DNA from: Piromyces finnis finn
Taxonomy: Eukaryota; Fungi; Neocallimastigomycota
DNA: 64,000 nt
Reading direction: 5' to 3'
Assembly: GCA_002104945.1 (NCBI GenBank)
Contig: MCFH01000019.1
Span: 558,001-622,000 of the forward strand
The translations under genes were made by a program, and so were the position numbers. This document shows positions 53,028 to 64,000 of the stretch, piece after piece. A model generated the notes under the pieces. It did no database searches and had not been told where the DNA came from. It was given only the letters and a program-made list of their open reading frames with translations. Numbering within the stretch: the stretch's first letter is position 1; every line of letters starts with the position of its first letter.

Positions 53028-53821
53028 TGTAAAATATTGTATTAATAGAATAATGTATTTAATACGTATTTAAAATAATGTATAATGTATTAAATTAATG
53101 TACCGTAAATTTTATTTTTTAATTACAAAAATTTATATCACAATACATTAACATAAATTTATGTAAAATATAATTTTATGATAAGATAAAGTTTTTGATG
53201 ATAAAATAAAATTTTAAATTAAATAAATTTTAACCAATAAATATTTTAGATAATAAAAAATTTTTTTATAAACTAAGCCTCAAAATTAGAAATAAATAAA
53301 TTGAATATATGTTTGAAATATAATCAACCATATAGTAAATAAATCAAAACTTTATTTTAAGTTTAGAAAATTCTTTAGTAAATAAATTGAATTTAAATAG
53401 TTTAATACAAATAATTTCTTTTAGTAAATGTATAAATATAAACAATGTAAAATTATAATATTAAAACATGTATATTAGAATTTATTCAATTTATTTAAAA
53501 AATATAAATAAAGAAAATTTTTCAACTATTGAAACGATAGTTGGAAAATCGTATAGGTTAATTTTGTTTAGATAATTTAACATTAGTTTATAATTAGTTT
53601 ATAGTTTAGATTAATAATTTTAGTTTTAAATAAATATAAATTGATTACCTAGTGAGGGCTCTGGTAAAATATCCTTCACGGTAAAGTAATCAACGGTTGT
53701 TTAGTTAGTATAGTTTTAAAAATAAATAAATAAATAAATAAATAAAAATTATTATTAAAAATAATTAGTTTAATTGTTAGTTTAGTGTTGTATACAAACC
53801 TGAACTTTAGAATATTTTACA
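53028..53821 (+). mobile_element. Solo LTR of family B (794 bp)
   Basis: TGTAAAATATT...AATATTTTACA termini, flanked by GTCCT on both sides; reverse-complement homolog of 53827-54652. Confidence 0.92.
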
Positions 53822-54663
53822 GTCCTTGTAAAATATTTAATTTAAATCTAACCTTTAAATTAAATTATTGGATTTAGGTCTGTGCTAACAAAACAACAAT
53901 ACAAAACAAAAAAAAATTCCAATTTATTTTTTAATACTTTTTTATTTATTTAAATAATAAATTTATCTTCGAAACTATGACAACTGCTGATTACTTTACC
54001 ACGAAGGTTATTTAACCAGAGCCTTCGCTAGGTAATCAGTTTTTAATTAAATAAAAAATGTTTTATTATAAACTTTATTAATAATCTAATATTATTAATA
54101 CTAATTATACAATTGTAATTAATTACTATTTTCCAACTATCGTTTCAATAGTTGAGAAATTTTCTTTATTTATACTTTTTAAATAAATTGAATAAATTCT
54201 AATATACATGTTTTAATATTATAATTTTACATTGTTTACATTTATACATTTATTAAAAGAAATTATTTGTATTAAACTATTTAAATTCAATTTATTTACT
54301 AAAGAATTTTCTAAACTTAAAATAAAGTTTTGATTTATTTACTATATGGTTGATTATATTTCAAACATATATTTAATTTATTTATTTCTAATTTTGAGGC
54401 TTAGTTTATAAAAAAAATTTTTTATTATCTAAAAATATTTATTGGTTAAAATTTATTTAATTTTAAAATTTTATTTTATCATCAAAACTTTATCTTATCA
54501 TAAAATTAAATTTACATAAATTTATGTTAATGTATTGTGATGTAAATTTTTGTAAAATTTACGGTACATTAATTCAATACATTATACATTGTTCTACATA
54601 CGTATTAAATACATTATTTAACTAATACATTTAACTAATACAATATTTTACATTCCCCTCTTC

Positions 54664-57600
54664 TTAAGTCGAGCCCCTGAGCGACTTGTGTTTAAGAAAT
54701 TCTTGAATCATTTGAGGGTCCTCAATTTCATCTTCTCTAAGCCAAGAACTTTCTGAAGGAAGATGATCTTTCCAAACCATGAAATAATACTTGATTCCAT
54801 TGACAATTTTTTCACTAACTATTTTCAATGGAATTCTTTCTACAGATGAATCAGTAGCGATATTAGGTATCTTGATAGAATGTTGCAAATTATCACTATT
54901 TTCTCTCACTACAAAAGGTTCTAAATTCGAGATATGGAAAACAGGATGACATCTAAAAGACTCAGGTAATCTTAACTTATAAGAAACTGGTCCAGTCTTT
55001 TCGATGATTTCAAAAGGTCCAAGTTTTTTATCAGTTAATTTAGGAGGTCCTTTAGGAAGTAAATCAGGACGCTTTAACCAAACTAAATCACCAATTCTCA
55101 ATTTCGGACCAATAAGTCTTATACAATCAGCATATTTCTTGTATCTTTGTTTAGCTTTTTCTAAATTTTTCTTTAAAAATTTAATGTTGTTTTGCATTTG
55201 AGAGGCGTGACGGTTAGCACTTCTATTACCACTATCAGCTGGAATTTCTAAATCAAATCTTGGATTTTGACCATAGTTAGCAAAGAAAGGTGTTTGGTTA
55301 ATCGATTGTTGTAGTGTATTATTGTATGCAAATTCCGCATAAGGTAAGAGATTCATCCAGTTGTCTTTTCTTTTATTGATATAACATCTTAAGAATTGTT
55401 CTAGAATGCTATTAACTCGTTCAGTTTGACCATCGGATTGTGGATGGTGAGCACTTGAAACATTATGTTTGATATTTAATAGGCAACATAAACGTTGCCA
55501 AAATTCAGAAGTGAATTGCGTTCCTCTATCAGATATAATTTCGTCTGGCAATCCATGTAATCGGAAAATTTCTCTAAAGAAGACATCTGCTGCAATTTGA
55601 GCAGTTGGAATCATTCTGAATGGAATAAAGTGAGCCATTTTTGTTAGTCTGTCAACCACAACCATTATAACCGTTTTCTGATGAGATCTTGGTAAATCAG
55701 TTATGAAATCCATCGATACCGAGGACCAAGGTCTACTAGGAGTAGGTAGAGGTTGCAATAATCCATAAGGTTTATGGCGATTGTCTTTAGCTGCACCACA
55801 AGTCTTGCAAGAAGCTATATACTTTACTATATCTTGAGTCATGTTTAACCAAATGAAATTTCTTGTTATTAATTCTTTGGTTTTGATAATACCAAAATGG
55901 CCATGAACTGGATTATCATGATGAATTGAAATTATGTTTTCTCTCATTTTAGTTGGTACGAAAATTAATCCTTTATACAAAAGAATACCTTCTTCATTTA
56001 ATTTAAAGTTCTTCATAAGCTTTTTATACTTTCTGCTTGCAATAGAATTCCCTTGTAGAATTTTTGTTAATTCTTGTATTTCTGTATCTTCTTTAACTTC
56101 TTTGATTAATTCTTCTTTAAGATTTCCTTGGATTGCAATACAACATAAGTTTTCCTTAATTTCTTTTATAGTTAAGCAAGAAAATGTTTCTTCATCTTTA
56201 ATTTCCTCTTTTTGAAAGTCAGGTCTTCTTGAAAATGAGTCCGGTTTTCCTCCCTCTTTTCCTGGTCTGTATTGGAGTTTGAAGTCGTAACGAGTTAAGA
56301 ACAAATTCCATCGAATTTGTCTTTGAGATAATAATTCAGGCTTTCTTGGAAAGGTAAGATTCTTGTGATCTGTAAACACAGTGAATTGATGCTTAGCTCC
56401 TTCCAAATAATGTCTCCATTCTTTAAGTGCACATATAACCGCTAATAATTCTTTATCGTAGATCGGATAGTTCTTTTCTGACTTAGTAAGTCCTCTTGAA
56501 AAATAACAAATTGGATGTAGTTCCTTATTGTTTAATCTTTGAGATAATACTGCACCAATTGCAAAATCACTAGCATCAGTTTCCACTATATAAGGTAATT
56601 CTGGATCGGCATGTACTAAAATTGGTTCTTCAGTGAAGCACTGCTTTAACTTCTCAAAAGCATTATTACAAATTATAGTCCAGTCAAAAACTACATTTTT
56701 CTTTGTTAGATTGTGCAAAGGTTTCGCTATTTCTGCAAAGTTCGGAATGAATCTTCTATAGTAATTGCATAAACCCAAAAATGATTGAACTTCCTTTACA
56801 GTCTTTGGAATTGGCCAATTCATAATTGCTTCTACCTTCTTTGGATCCATGGAGATGCCCTTGTCCGAAATTATGTGACCTAAAAATGACGTTTTATTCG
56901 TTTCAAATTCGCATTTGCTTAATTTTACATATAACCCATTTTCTTGTAATTTTTTAAGGACTTTCTTTACGTGAGTTCGGTGTTCTTCTAAGTCTTTTGA
57001 ATAGATAAGAATATCATCAATATAAGAAAACGCGAATTCATCCAAATATTCCCCGAGGACATCATTGATAAAATGTTGGAAGGTTGCAGGAGCGTTTTTT
57101 AATCCGAACGGCATGACAAGATATTCAAAGTGACCGAATCTTGTCCTAAATGCAGTTTTATATTCATCGCCTTTATTTATTCGAACTAGATTATAAGCAG
57201 ACTTGAGATCAAGTTTAGTAAAAATTTTAGCTTCTCTTAACCTATCGAATAATTCGGATATAAGAGGTAACGGATATGAATCCCTAATTGTGTTTTCATT
57301 GAGTCTTCGGTAGTCAACACACAATCTTAAAGTTCCATCCTTTTTCCTAAGGAACAATACAGGTGCTCCAGCAGGTGAAGTTGAGGGTCTTATGAATCCT
57401 TTTTCTAGATTTTCTTTTAAATATTCCTTTAACGTTTCCCTCTCTTCCTCGGTTAGAGGATATAATGGTCCATAAAATAATTCATTATCATCCTTTAATT
57501 TAATCTTACAGTCATATATTCGATGAGGAGGTAACTCATTACACTCAATTTCATCAAATACATTTTTAAATTCTTTGTATTCATTTGGGACTTCAGGTGT

Positions 57601-59199
57601 ACCATCATTATCACTTGTAATCGCACAACATACTAAGTATTTTTGATGAAGAATTTTATTTAATTTTGATGTTTTACATTTTTTATTTATACATGACTTT
57701 TTCTTTTTCTTTTCTATTACTAATACATTTTCTTTATTTTTAAGTTTACTATCTCTAATAACTAAACTATTCTTATAATTATTAATAATTTCTTCAGCTA
57801 ACTCTAATCTCTTTCTTTTATCTTCCTCTTCCTTTAATTTATTTTGTTCAATTCTTTCATTTATTTCTTCATCAGTAGCGCAACAATTCGTCTTACAAAA
57901 TCCAGACTTAAACTCTAATTTTTGATTCTTAAAACTGATAATCGGATCATGTTTTCTTAGCCATTTGTTTCCTAAAATAAGTGATACGTCTGAAGGTAGA
58001 GTCGTAATATAAAATTGAATAGACTCCTTGTGATTGCCGATAGACATGATCAACGGGATCGTTTCATACTTCAGTAATCCATTTCCTCCCAGTCCTTCCA
58101 CAAACTTGTCTTTCATCATCCTTTGGATTGGTATTCTATATTTATTGACCGTTTTCCAATCCATGAATTCCAAGTCGGATCCTGAGTCAACTAACGCATT
58201 TAGTGAGATTCCTCGATTGACATGAAGTACAACATCGAAAACATTCAACAAGTGCTGTTTTCTGTTTTCCTTGATCATGAATGCTTTTGGGCGGTTTGCC
58301 AATTTATCTTTGAGCATTGGGCAATCCTTCTTCAAATGTCCTGTTGATTTACAAATGAAGCATTTCTTGGTCTTTTGTACTTTTTCCTCGTGATGAAAGT
58401 CTCGGTAGTTGTTGAATTTCATCCCATAATTCCCTTGGTAGAGTCGCTTTCCTAGATTCCGGTTATATCTTCTTCCTCTTTCTCCATCTATATTCATTGG
58501 GTCCTTTCCGTAGATTCTCCAGTCTTCCTCAATATTGGCAGCTACAGTATTGATTAGATCATACAGCTTTCTTATCTTAGGATATACTAGTTTTGTCTTC
58601 TCCTGAACAGACGGCGGCAATCCTTCTACAAAGAAATGTATCTTGGCTTCATCGTCAAAAGACGAGTCCCTAGAGGTTTTTTCGAAACAGTCGCAGTAAT
58701 CCATCACACTTTTGAATTGCTTGTAGTTGAGCTTCGTTAATCTTCTATTAGCCACATCAGAACTCGTGCACGTTCGGTACCTTGCTTGCATTGCGGCTTT
58801 AAGGTCTTCATAAGATTTTAAAGGGCTTTCTTCTTTCTCCAAGTCGGCATACCATTCGGCGGCGGGTCCTTCTAAATAGCAACTAAGTACATCAATCTTG
58901 TAAGCTTCGGTAGCATTCTGTCTTAGATTATACTTGAAATATTTTTCGAGTTTAGCAAAGAAACTTGCTAACTCATTCCTTTTTCCATAAAACTTCGGTG
59001 GTCTTGGTATGAGGTTATCCCTGGCATTGACGATTTCGCCATCCTCATGTTCTATTTCCATGGAGCTAGCCTCAGAATCGTCGTCACTGATTCCAGCTAC
59101 TCCATTACCATTACAGTTGTCGATATACCTATATTCCCCGTTCATACTAAAATATATTATCCACCAAACAATACAATCTAAACTATTCCTTATTTCCAA
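54664..59199 (-). CDS. Gag-Pol polyprotein of element B: capsid, CCHC knuckle, PR, RT, RH, IN, chromodomain
   Basis: CFICKSTGHLKKDC, LVDSGSD, YIDDILI, VETDASD, HHD..HGH..CKTC, SMDFIT..SDRG..GQTERVN, YFMVWKD..SSW. The true start is probably a downstream ATG. Confidence 0.96.
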   Translation of the reverse strand: MEIRNSLDCIVWWIIYFSMNGEYRYIDNCNGNGVAGISDDDSEASSMEIEHEDGEIVNARDNLIPRPPKFYGKRNELASFFAKLEKYFKYNLRQNATEAYKIDVLSCYLEGPAAEWYADLEKEESPLKSYEDLKAAMQARYRTCTSSDVANRRLTKLNYKQFKSVMDYCDCFEKTSRDSSFDDEAKIHFFVEGLPPSVQEKTKLVYPKIRKLYDLINTVAANIEEDWRIYGKDPMNIDGERGRRYNRNLGKRLYQGNYGMKFNNYRDFHHEEKVQKTKKCFICKSTGHLKKDCPMLKDKLANRPKAFMIKENRKQHLLNVFDVVLHVNRGISLNALVDSGSDLEFMDWKTVNKYRIPIQRMMKDKFVEGLGGNGLLKYETIPLIMSIGNHKESIQFYITTLPSDVSLILGNKWLRKHDPIISFKNQKLEFKSGFCKTNCCATDEEINERIEQNKLKEEEDKRKRLELAEEIINNYKNSLVIRDSKLKNKENVLVIEKKKKKSCINKKCKTSKLNKILHQKYLVCCAITSDNDGTPEVPNEYKEFKNVFDEIECNELPPHRIYDCKIKLKDDNELFYGPLYPLTEEERETLKEYLKENLEKGFIRPSTSPAGAPVLFLRKKDGTLRLCVDYRRLNENTIRDSYPLPLISELFDRLREAKIFTKLDLKSAYNLVRINKGDEYKTAFRTRFGHFEYLVMPFGLKNAPATFQHFINDVLGEYLDEFAFSYIDDILIYSKDLEEHRTHVKKVLKKLQENGLYVKLSKCEFETNKTSFLGHIISDKGISMDPKKVEAIMNWPIPKTVKEVQSFLGLCNYYRRFIPNFAEIAKPLHNLTKKNVVFDWTIICNNAFEKLKQCFTEEPILVHADPELPYIVETDASDFAIGAVLSQRLNNKELHPICYFSRGLTKSEKNYPIYDKELLAVICALKEWRHYLEGAKHQFTVFTDHKNLTFPRKPELLSQRQIRWNLFLTRYDFKLQYRPGKEGGKPDSFSRRPDFQKEEIKDEETFSCLTIKEIKENLCCIAIQGNLKEELIKEVKEDTEIQELTKILQGNSIASRKYKKLMKNFKLNEEGILLYKGLIFVPTKMRENIISIHHDNPVHGHFGIIKTKELITRNFIWLNMTQDIVKYIASCKTCGAAKDNRHKPYGLLQPLPTPSRPWSSVSMDFITDLPRSHQKTVIMVVVDRLTKMAHFIPFRMIPTAQIAADVFFREIFRLHGLPDEIISDRGTQFTSEFWQRLCCLLNIKHNVSSAHHPQSDGQTERVNSILEQFLRCYINKRKDNWMNLLPYAEFAYNNTLQQSINQTPFFANYGQNPRFDLEIPADSGNRSANRHASQMQNNIKFLKKNLEKAKQRYKKYADCIRLIGPKLRIGDLVWLKRPDLLPKGPPKLTDKKLGPFEIIEKTGPVSYKLRLPESFRCHPVFHISNLEPFVVRENSDNLQHSIKIPNIATDSSVERIPLKIVSEKIVNGIKYYFMVWKDHLPSESSWLREDEIEDPQMIQEFLKHKSLRGST

Positions 59200-59372
59200 A
59201 ATTTTAATCCTCGATTATCCAAATCCTACAAATTCCTTTCTATTCTAAAATCCAAATTTTTTTTTTTTCCTATATATATATCCCCGAATTTAATTCTAAT
59301 ATTAAATTCTCACTATTTAAATTTTTTTTTTTTTTTTATTTCCCACACAAAGGTAAATCCACTATTCTAAAA

Positions 59373-59383
59373 AGTTGGAAAAT
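59373..59383 (-). promoter_or_regulatory. 11-nt self-priming PBS of element B
   Basis: ATTTTCCAACT directly after the 5' LTR is complementary to AGTTGGAAAAT inside the LTR (59685-59695); no TGG tRNA-type PBS is present. Confidence 0.8.
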
Positions 59384-60214
59384 TGTAAAATATTTAATTT
59401 AAATCTAACCTTTAAATTAAATTATTGGATTTAGGTCTGTGCTAACAAAACAACAATACAAAACAAAAAAAAATTCCAATTTATTTTTTAATACTTTTTT
59501 ATTTATTTAAATAATAAATTTATCTTCGAAACTATGACAACTGCTGATTACTTTACCACGAAGGTTATTTAACCAGAGCCTTCGCTAGGTAATCAGTTTT
59601 TAATTAAATAAAAAATGTTTTATTATAAACTTTATTAATAATCTAATATTATTAATACTAATTATACAATTGTAATTAATTACTATTTTCCAACTATCGT
59701 TTCAATAGTTGAAAAATTCTCTTTATTTATACTTTTTAAATAAATTGAATAAATTCTAATATACATGTTTTAATATTATAATTTTACATTGTTTACATTT
59801 ATACATTTATTAAAAGAAATTATTTGTATTAAACTATTTAAATTCAATTTATTTACTAAAGAATTTTCTAAACTTAAAATAAAGTTTTGATTTATTTACT
59901 ATATGGTTGATTATATTTCAAACATATATTTAATTTATTTATTTCTAATTTTGAGGCTTAGTTTATAAAAAAAATTTTTTATTATCTAAAAATATTTATT
60001 GGTTAAAATTTATTTAATTTTAAAATTTTATTTTATCATCAAAACTTTATCTTATCATAAAATTAAATTTACATAAATTTATGTTAATGTATTGTGATGT
60101 AAATTTTTGTAAAATTTACGGTACATTAATTCAATACATTATACATTGTTCTACATACGTATTAAATACATTATTTAACTAATACATTTAACTAATACAA
60201 TATTTTACAGTCCT

Positions 60215-63200
60215 CCTCCAGGATTCGGATACCAGACGAATCTTTGGGTTCATTTTATGTTTTATTAAATTAATTTTTTAGGCTATATAACTACTATATA
60301 CTTAAACTATACTAATTGAATTACAATAAAAATAATTTTTTTTATATTATACATTTGATATTAAATACATGCTTAAAGTAAATTTAAAATTTAAGAAAAT
60401 AAATTTTTTTTTTTTTAAGAATAAAATTAAAAATAAAATTAAGATAAATTAAAATAAAGTTTCCGTTGAAATCATTTCTTTTCGTTGAATTCCTTAAGTA
60501 GCTCTGGACAATTCAAATTATTTTCTGGCTCCCAAGATGCTTCAGATATCGGATATCCTTTCCATTTAATTAGGTATTGAACTTTACCATAATATCTTCT
60601 TTTGTCCAATATCTCCTCAACTTCAAATTCTTCATTATTATCTACAATAACTGGTGGAGGTGGCGGTTGCTTTCTTTTGAACTTATCTTCATGGTAGGGT
60701 TCCAATTCTGAAACGTGGATAACTGGATGAATACGAATTTCTTTTGGTAACTCCAATTTGAAAGAAACTGGTGATATTTTTTCAATTATTTTGTACGGAT
60801 CAAGTTTTCTAGGTTTTAGCTTCTTATTACCATTCCGCATTATTAGAGAACTGTTAATCCAGACCTTATCATTTACCTTGAGTTCAGTAGCTTTACTTCT
60901 GTGTTTGTTTGCAAATTTTTCTTGTTGATCAATAGATTTCTTTAAGTTATCTTTAAGAGTTTTAATTATTTCTTTGAAATTTCTTGTAAATTCATCCGCA
61001 ATTGGTACATCGGTACGACTTGGTAAAATTGGAGAATGTTTCGGATTATAGCCGTAGTTAGCAAAAAATGGTGAAGTTTTAGTAGATTCTTGAACGGCAT
61101 TGTTGTAACTGAATTCGGCAAGATGTAAGAATTTGTACCAATTGGAACCTTTATAATTTGAGTAACACCTTAAGTATTGTTCTACAACGGAGTTTACCCT
61201 CTCCGTCAGTCCGTTAGTTTGGTGATGGTAGGATGAAGAAAATTTTAGGTTTATATCGAAAGATTTACAAATAGAATTCCAGAATTTAGAGGTAAATTGA
61301 GTACCTCTATCCGAAAGAATTTCATTAGGTAATCCATGGAGACGAAAAACGTTAATCATGAAAGCATCAGCAGTAGCGGAGGCAGAAGGGATGTTTTCAA
61401 AAGGAATAAAGTGGCATAATTTAGTTAATCTATCGGTGACTACGAGAATGCAAGTATACTTTTGAGAAGGTGGAAGATCCGTAATAAAGTCTATAGATAC
61501 GGAAGACCAAGGACGTTCAGCAATTTCCAAAGGAGAAAGAAATCCATTAGGTTTGTGTCGAGAGTCCTTCGAACGGCAGCATATTTCACAAGACTTTACA
61601 TATTCTTTTACATCAACAGAGAGAAAAGGCCACCAAAAATCACGAACAATAAGGGAAGTAGTTTTCTTTAGTCCGAAGTGTCCAGCGGAGGGTGAGTCGT
61701 GACAAATTTTAAGAACTTCCAAACGACAATCTTGGGGGACATAGATCCTATCATTGAATAATAATACACCATCTTGAATTTTAAAGTTTTCGATTTGCGA
61801 ATGAGGGACAGGTGGAATTTGAGTTTCTAAGTATTTGCATACTTCAAAGTAGAATTTATCATCTTTGCTATTTGAAATGATTTTATCCATAAGGGGGTTG
61901 TTATCCAGAACCAGGGCACAAAAGTTTTCGGGTCTAAGAACGGAATTTGGAGTATCATTGGAATCCTTAAAATTTTCTAAGTAATCTGGTCTTCTGGATA
62001 AAGCGTCAGGTTTACCATTAGCAGAACCCGACCGATAAACAATAATAAAATTAAACTCGGCAAGAAACAAAGACCAACGAACTAATCTTTGTGTCATTTT
62101 TTCGGGTTTCTTCTGGTAAAGCAAATTTCTGTGATCCGAGAAAATTTTGAAAGGCTGAGCAGTCCCCTTAAGTAAATGACGCCAATTTTCTAAAGCAGCT
62201 ACAATTGCTAAAAGTTCTTTATCGTAGATCGGATAGTTCCTTTCAGAAGAACTAAGCGATCTGGAGAAGAATGCTACAGGGTGAACCGTATTGTCTTTCG
62301 GATTCGTTTGGGAAAGAATGGCTCCTATAGCAAAATTACTTGCATCCGTTTCAACCATGAAAGGTATATCACGATTCGGACGATTCGGGTATGCAAGAAC
62401 AGGAGAAGAAGCAAATTTGGTCTTGATTAAATTAAAAGAATTCACACACTGATGAGAGAAGCAGAATTTAACATCCTTTTTAAGTAATGCATTAAGTGGT
62501 TGTGCGAGATCAGCAAAACCGGCAATGAATCTTCTATAATAATTAGCTAACCCAAGAAACGCTTGAACCTCTTTAACATTTCTAGGAGTTGGCCATTCCA
62601 GGATAGATGAAATTTTCTTTGGATCCATTAATATTTCATCAGACGATATACGATGACCTAAAAAATCGATAAATGGGACAAAGAACTCACATTTTTCAAG
62701 TTTTGCATAAAGTCCGGCTTTTCTAAGTCTTTTAAGTACTTCTTTGACTTGTATAACATGAGTTTTAAAATTTTCCGAAAATATAATTAAGTCATCAATA
62801 TAACTGAAGACAAATACTCCCAAGATTCCATCAAGCACATCATTAATGAAATGTTGGAATACTGCAGGCGCGTTCTTCAAACCAAACGGCATTACAGTAT
62901 ATTCAAAGTGTCCATATTTGCAAGTAAAAGCAGTTTTGAATTCATCACCTTCTTTTATCCTCACAAGATTATAAGCTGATCTTAAATCAAGTTTGGAGAA
63001 GATGTTGCTTTTACCTAAGTGCTCCAACATGTCGTTAATTAATGGTAAAGGGTAGGAATCACGGACTGTGATTTCATTTAATTTCCTATAATCTTGACAT
63101 AGACGTAGCTCACCATTTTTTTCGGAACAAAAAGTACTGGGGCACCTGCCGGTGATTTTGAAGGTCTGATGAAACCTTTTCGCAAGTTTTCATCAATGTA

Positions 63201-64000
63201 TTCCTTCAATGCCATTGATTCTTTATCCGTTAAAGGATAAATCGGTCCATAAAAAAGTTTAGAGTCCGGTTTAAGACGGATTTCACAGTCGTATTGCCTG
63301 TGAGGCGGCAATTGTTCAGCGGCTTTTTCATTAAATACGTCTTCAAAGGCTTGGAGTTCAGCAGGAAGAAAAACTTCTTTATTGCTTGGAGGGTTGATAG
63401 TGGAATCATTATTTTTAGGAAGATTTTTTGTTGAATCATGGATATAAGAATTTGTTGAAGTGCTACAAGAAGATTTGGAATCATTAGAAATAGAAGAAAT
63501 AGCATAAGTAGGGGCAACGTTAGGAATAACAGAGCAATGTGACAGACAGAAATTTGAATTAAAAGATAATTCTTTTTCAACGAAGTTAATATTAGGGTTG
63601 TGCTGATGTAACCATTCAGCACCTAAGATGCCACAATATCCCGGAAGGTCTACAATATAGAATATAGTTTTACATTGGTGGTTTTTGTATTTGATCGAAA
63701 TTGGGATAGATTTACCTAAGATTTGTTGTTCCCCACCAATGCCAGAGATTTTGTTGAAAGAGACGGATTTATCAAAAGGAATATTATTTTCTTCGGCAAA
63801 GACCACATCTAGTAGGTTAAGTTGAGATCCTGAATCAATTAGTAGTTTAGTATTTACGGAGACGTCGGAAGTATTGAGTTGGAACTCAAAGACTGGTTGT
63901 TTCAGATTGGGATTATCGGAGAATCTTATTCTAGGCTTCTTTTCAGGCGTAGTGTTAGAAATATGAGTCCCAGCTGATTTTTCATTTTTACTTCTTTTTG
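60215..64000 (-). mobile_element. Chromovirus C internal region (PR-RT-RH-IN-chromodomain), one frameshift near 63120, continues beyond the window
   Basis: LIDSGSQ (about 63820-63840), PVLFVPKK then [10 protein letters not shown] across an A-run frameshift, [14 protein letters not shown], and chromodomain [22 protein letters not shown]. Confidence 0.93.

Larger units (their letters stand above)
53827..60209 (-). mobile_element. Full-length, apparently intact chromovirus B (Ty3/gypsy, Tf1/sushi-like)
   Basis: 826-bp LTRs at 53827-54652 and 59384-60209 (two substitutions seen), TSD GTCCT, PPT GAAGAGGGGAA (54653-54663), single ORF. Confidence 0.97.

Noticed and set aside
53028-53821. This LTR as the 3' LTR of element C
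   Set aside because: It is a B-family LTR in plus orientation, opposite to element C, and is flanked by its own TSD.
40801-63622. Short ORFs overlapping gag/pol genes (40801, 40848, 41401, 41932, 43735, 44565, 44617, 45962, 52005, 55004, 55934, 58034, 59009, 61462, 63230)
   Set aside because: Antisense or off-frame shadows of retrotransposon ORFs.

Overview
Extremely AT-rich eukaryotic DNA with long homopolymer and microsatellite tracts. Composition and gene content suggest an anaerobic gut fungus (Neocallimastigomycota); this is inference only. There is one clear host gene, an intronless 1218-aa PHO80/PCL-type cyclin (4724-8380, minus), preceded by about 19 kb with no recognisable gene. From about 27.6 kb to the end the window is a transposon cluster: an array of six imperfect palindromes, LINE, copia and gypsy relics, and a three-gene island resembling large DNA virus genes (degenerate uracil-DNA glycosylase plus two abutting ORFs). 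It also holds a tRNA-derived SINE, a near-intact tRNA-Ala-primed Ty3/gypsy element (38820-45816) and a copia carrying three nested insertions. At the right end is an intact single-ORF chromovirus (53827-60209) with a Tf1-like 11-nt self-priming site. It and a solo LTR of its own family sit at the same 5-bp target (GTCCT) in the polypurine tract of a third chromovirus. All alignments and coordinates were derived by eye; no database searches were run.
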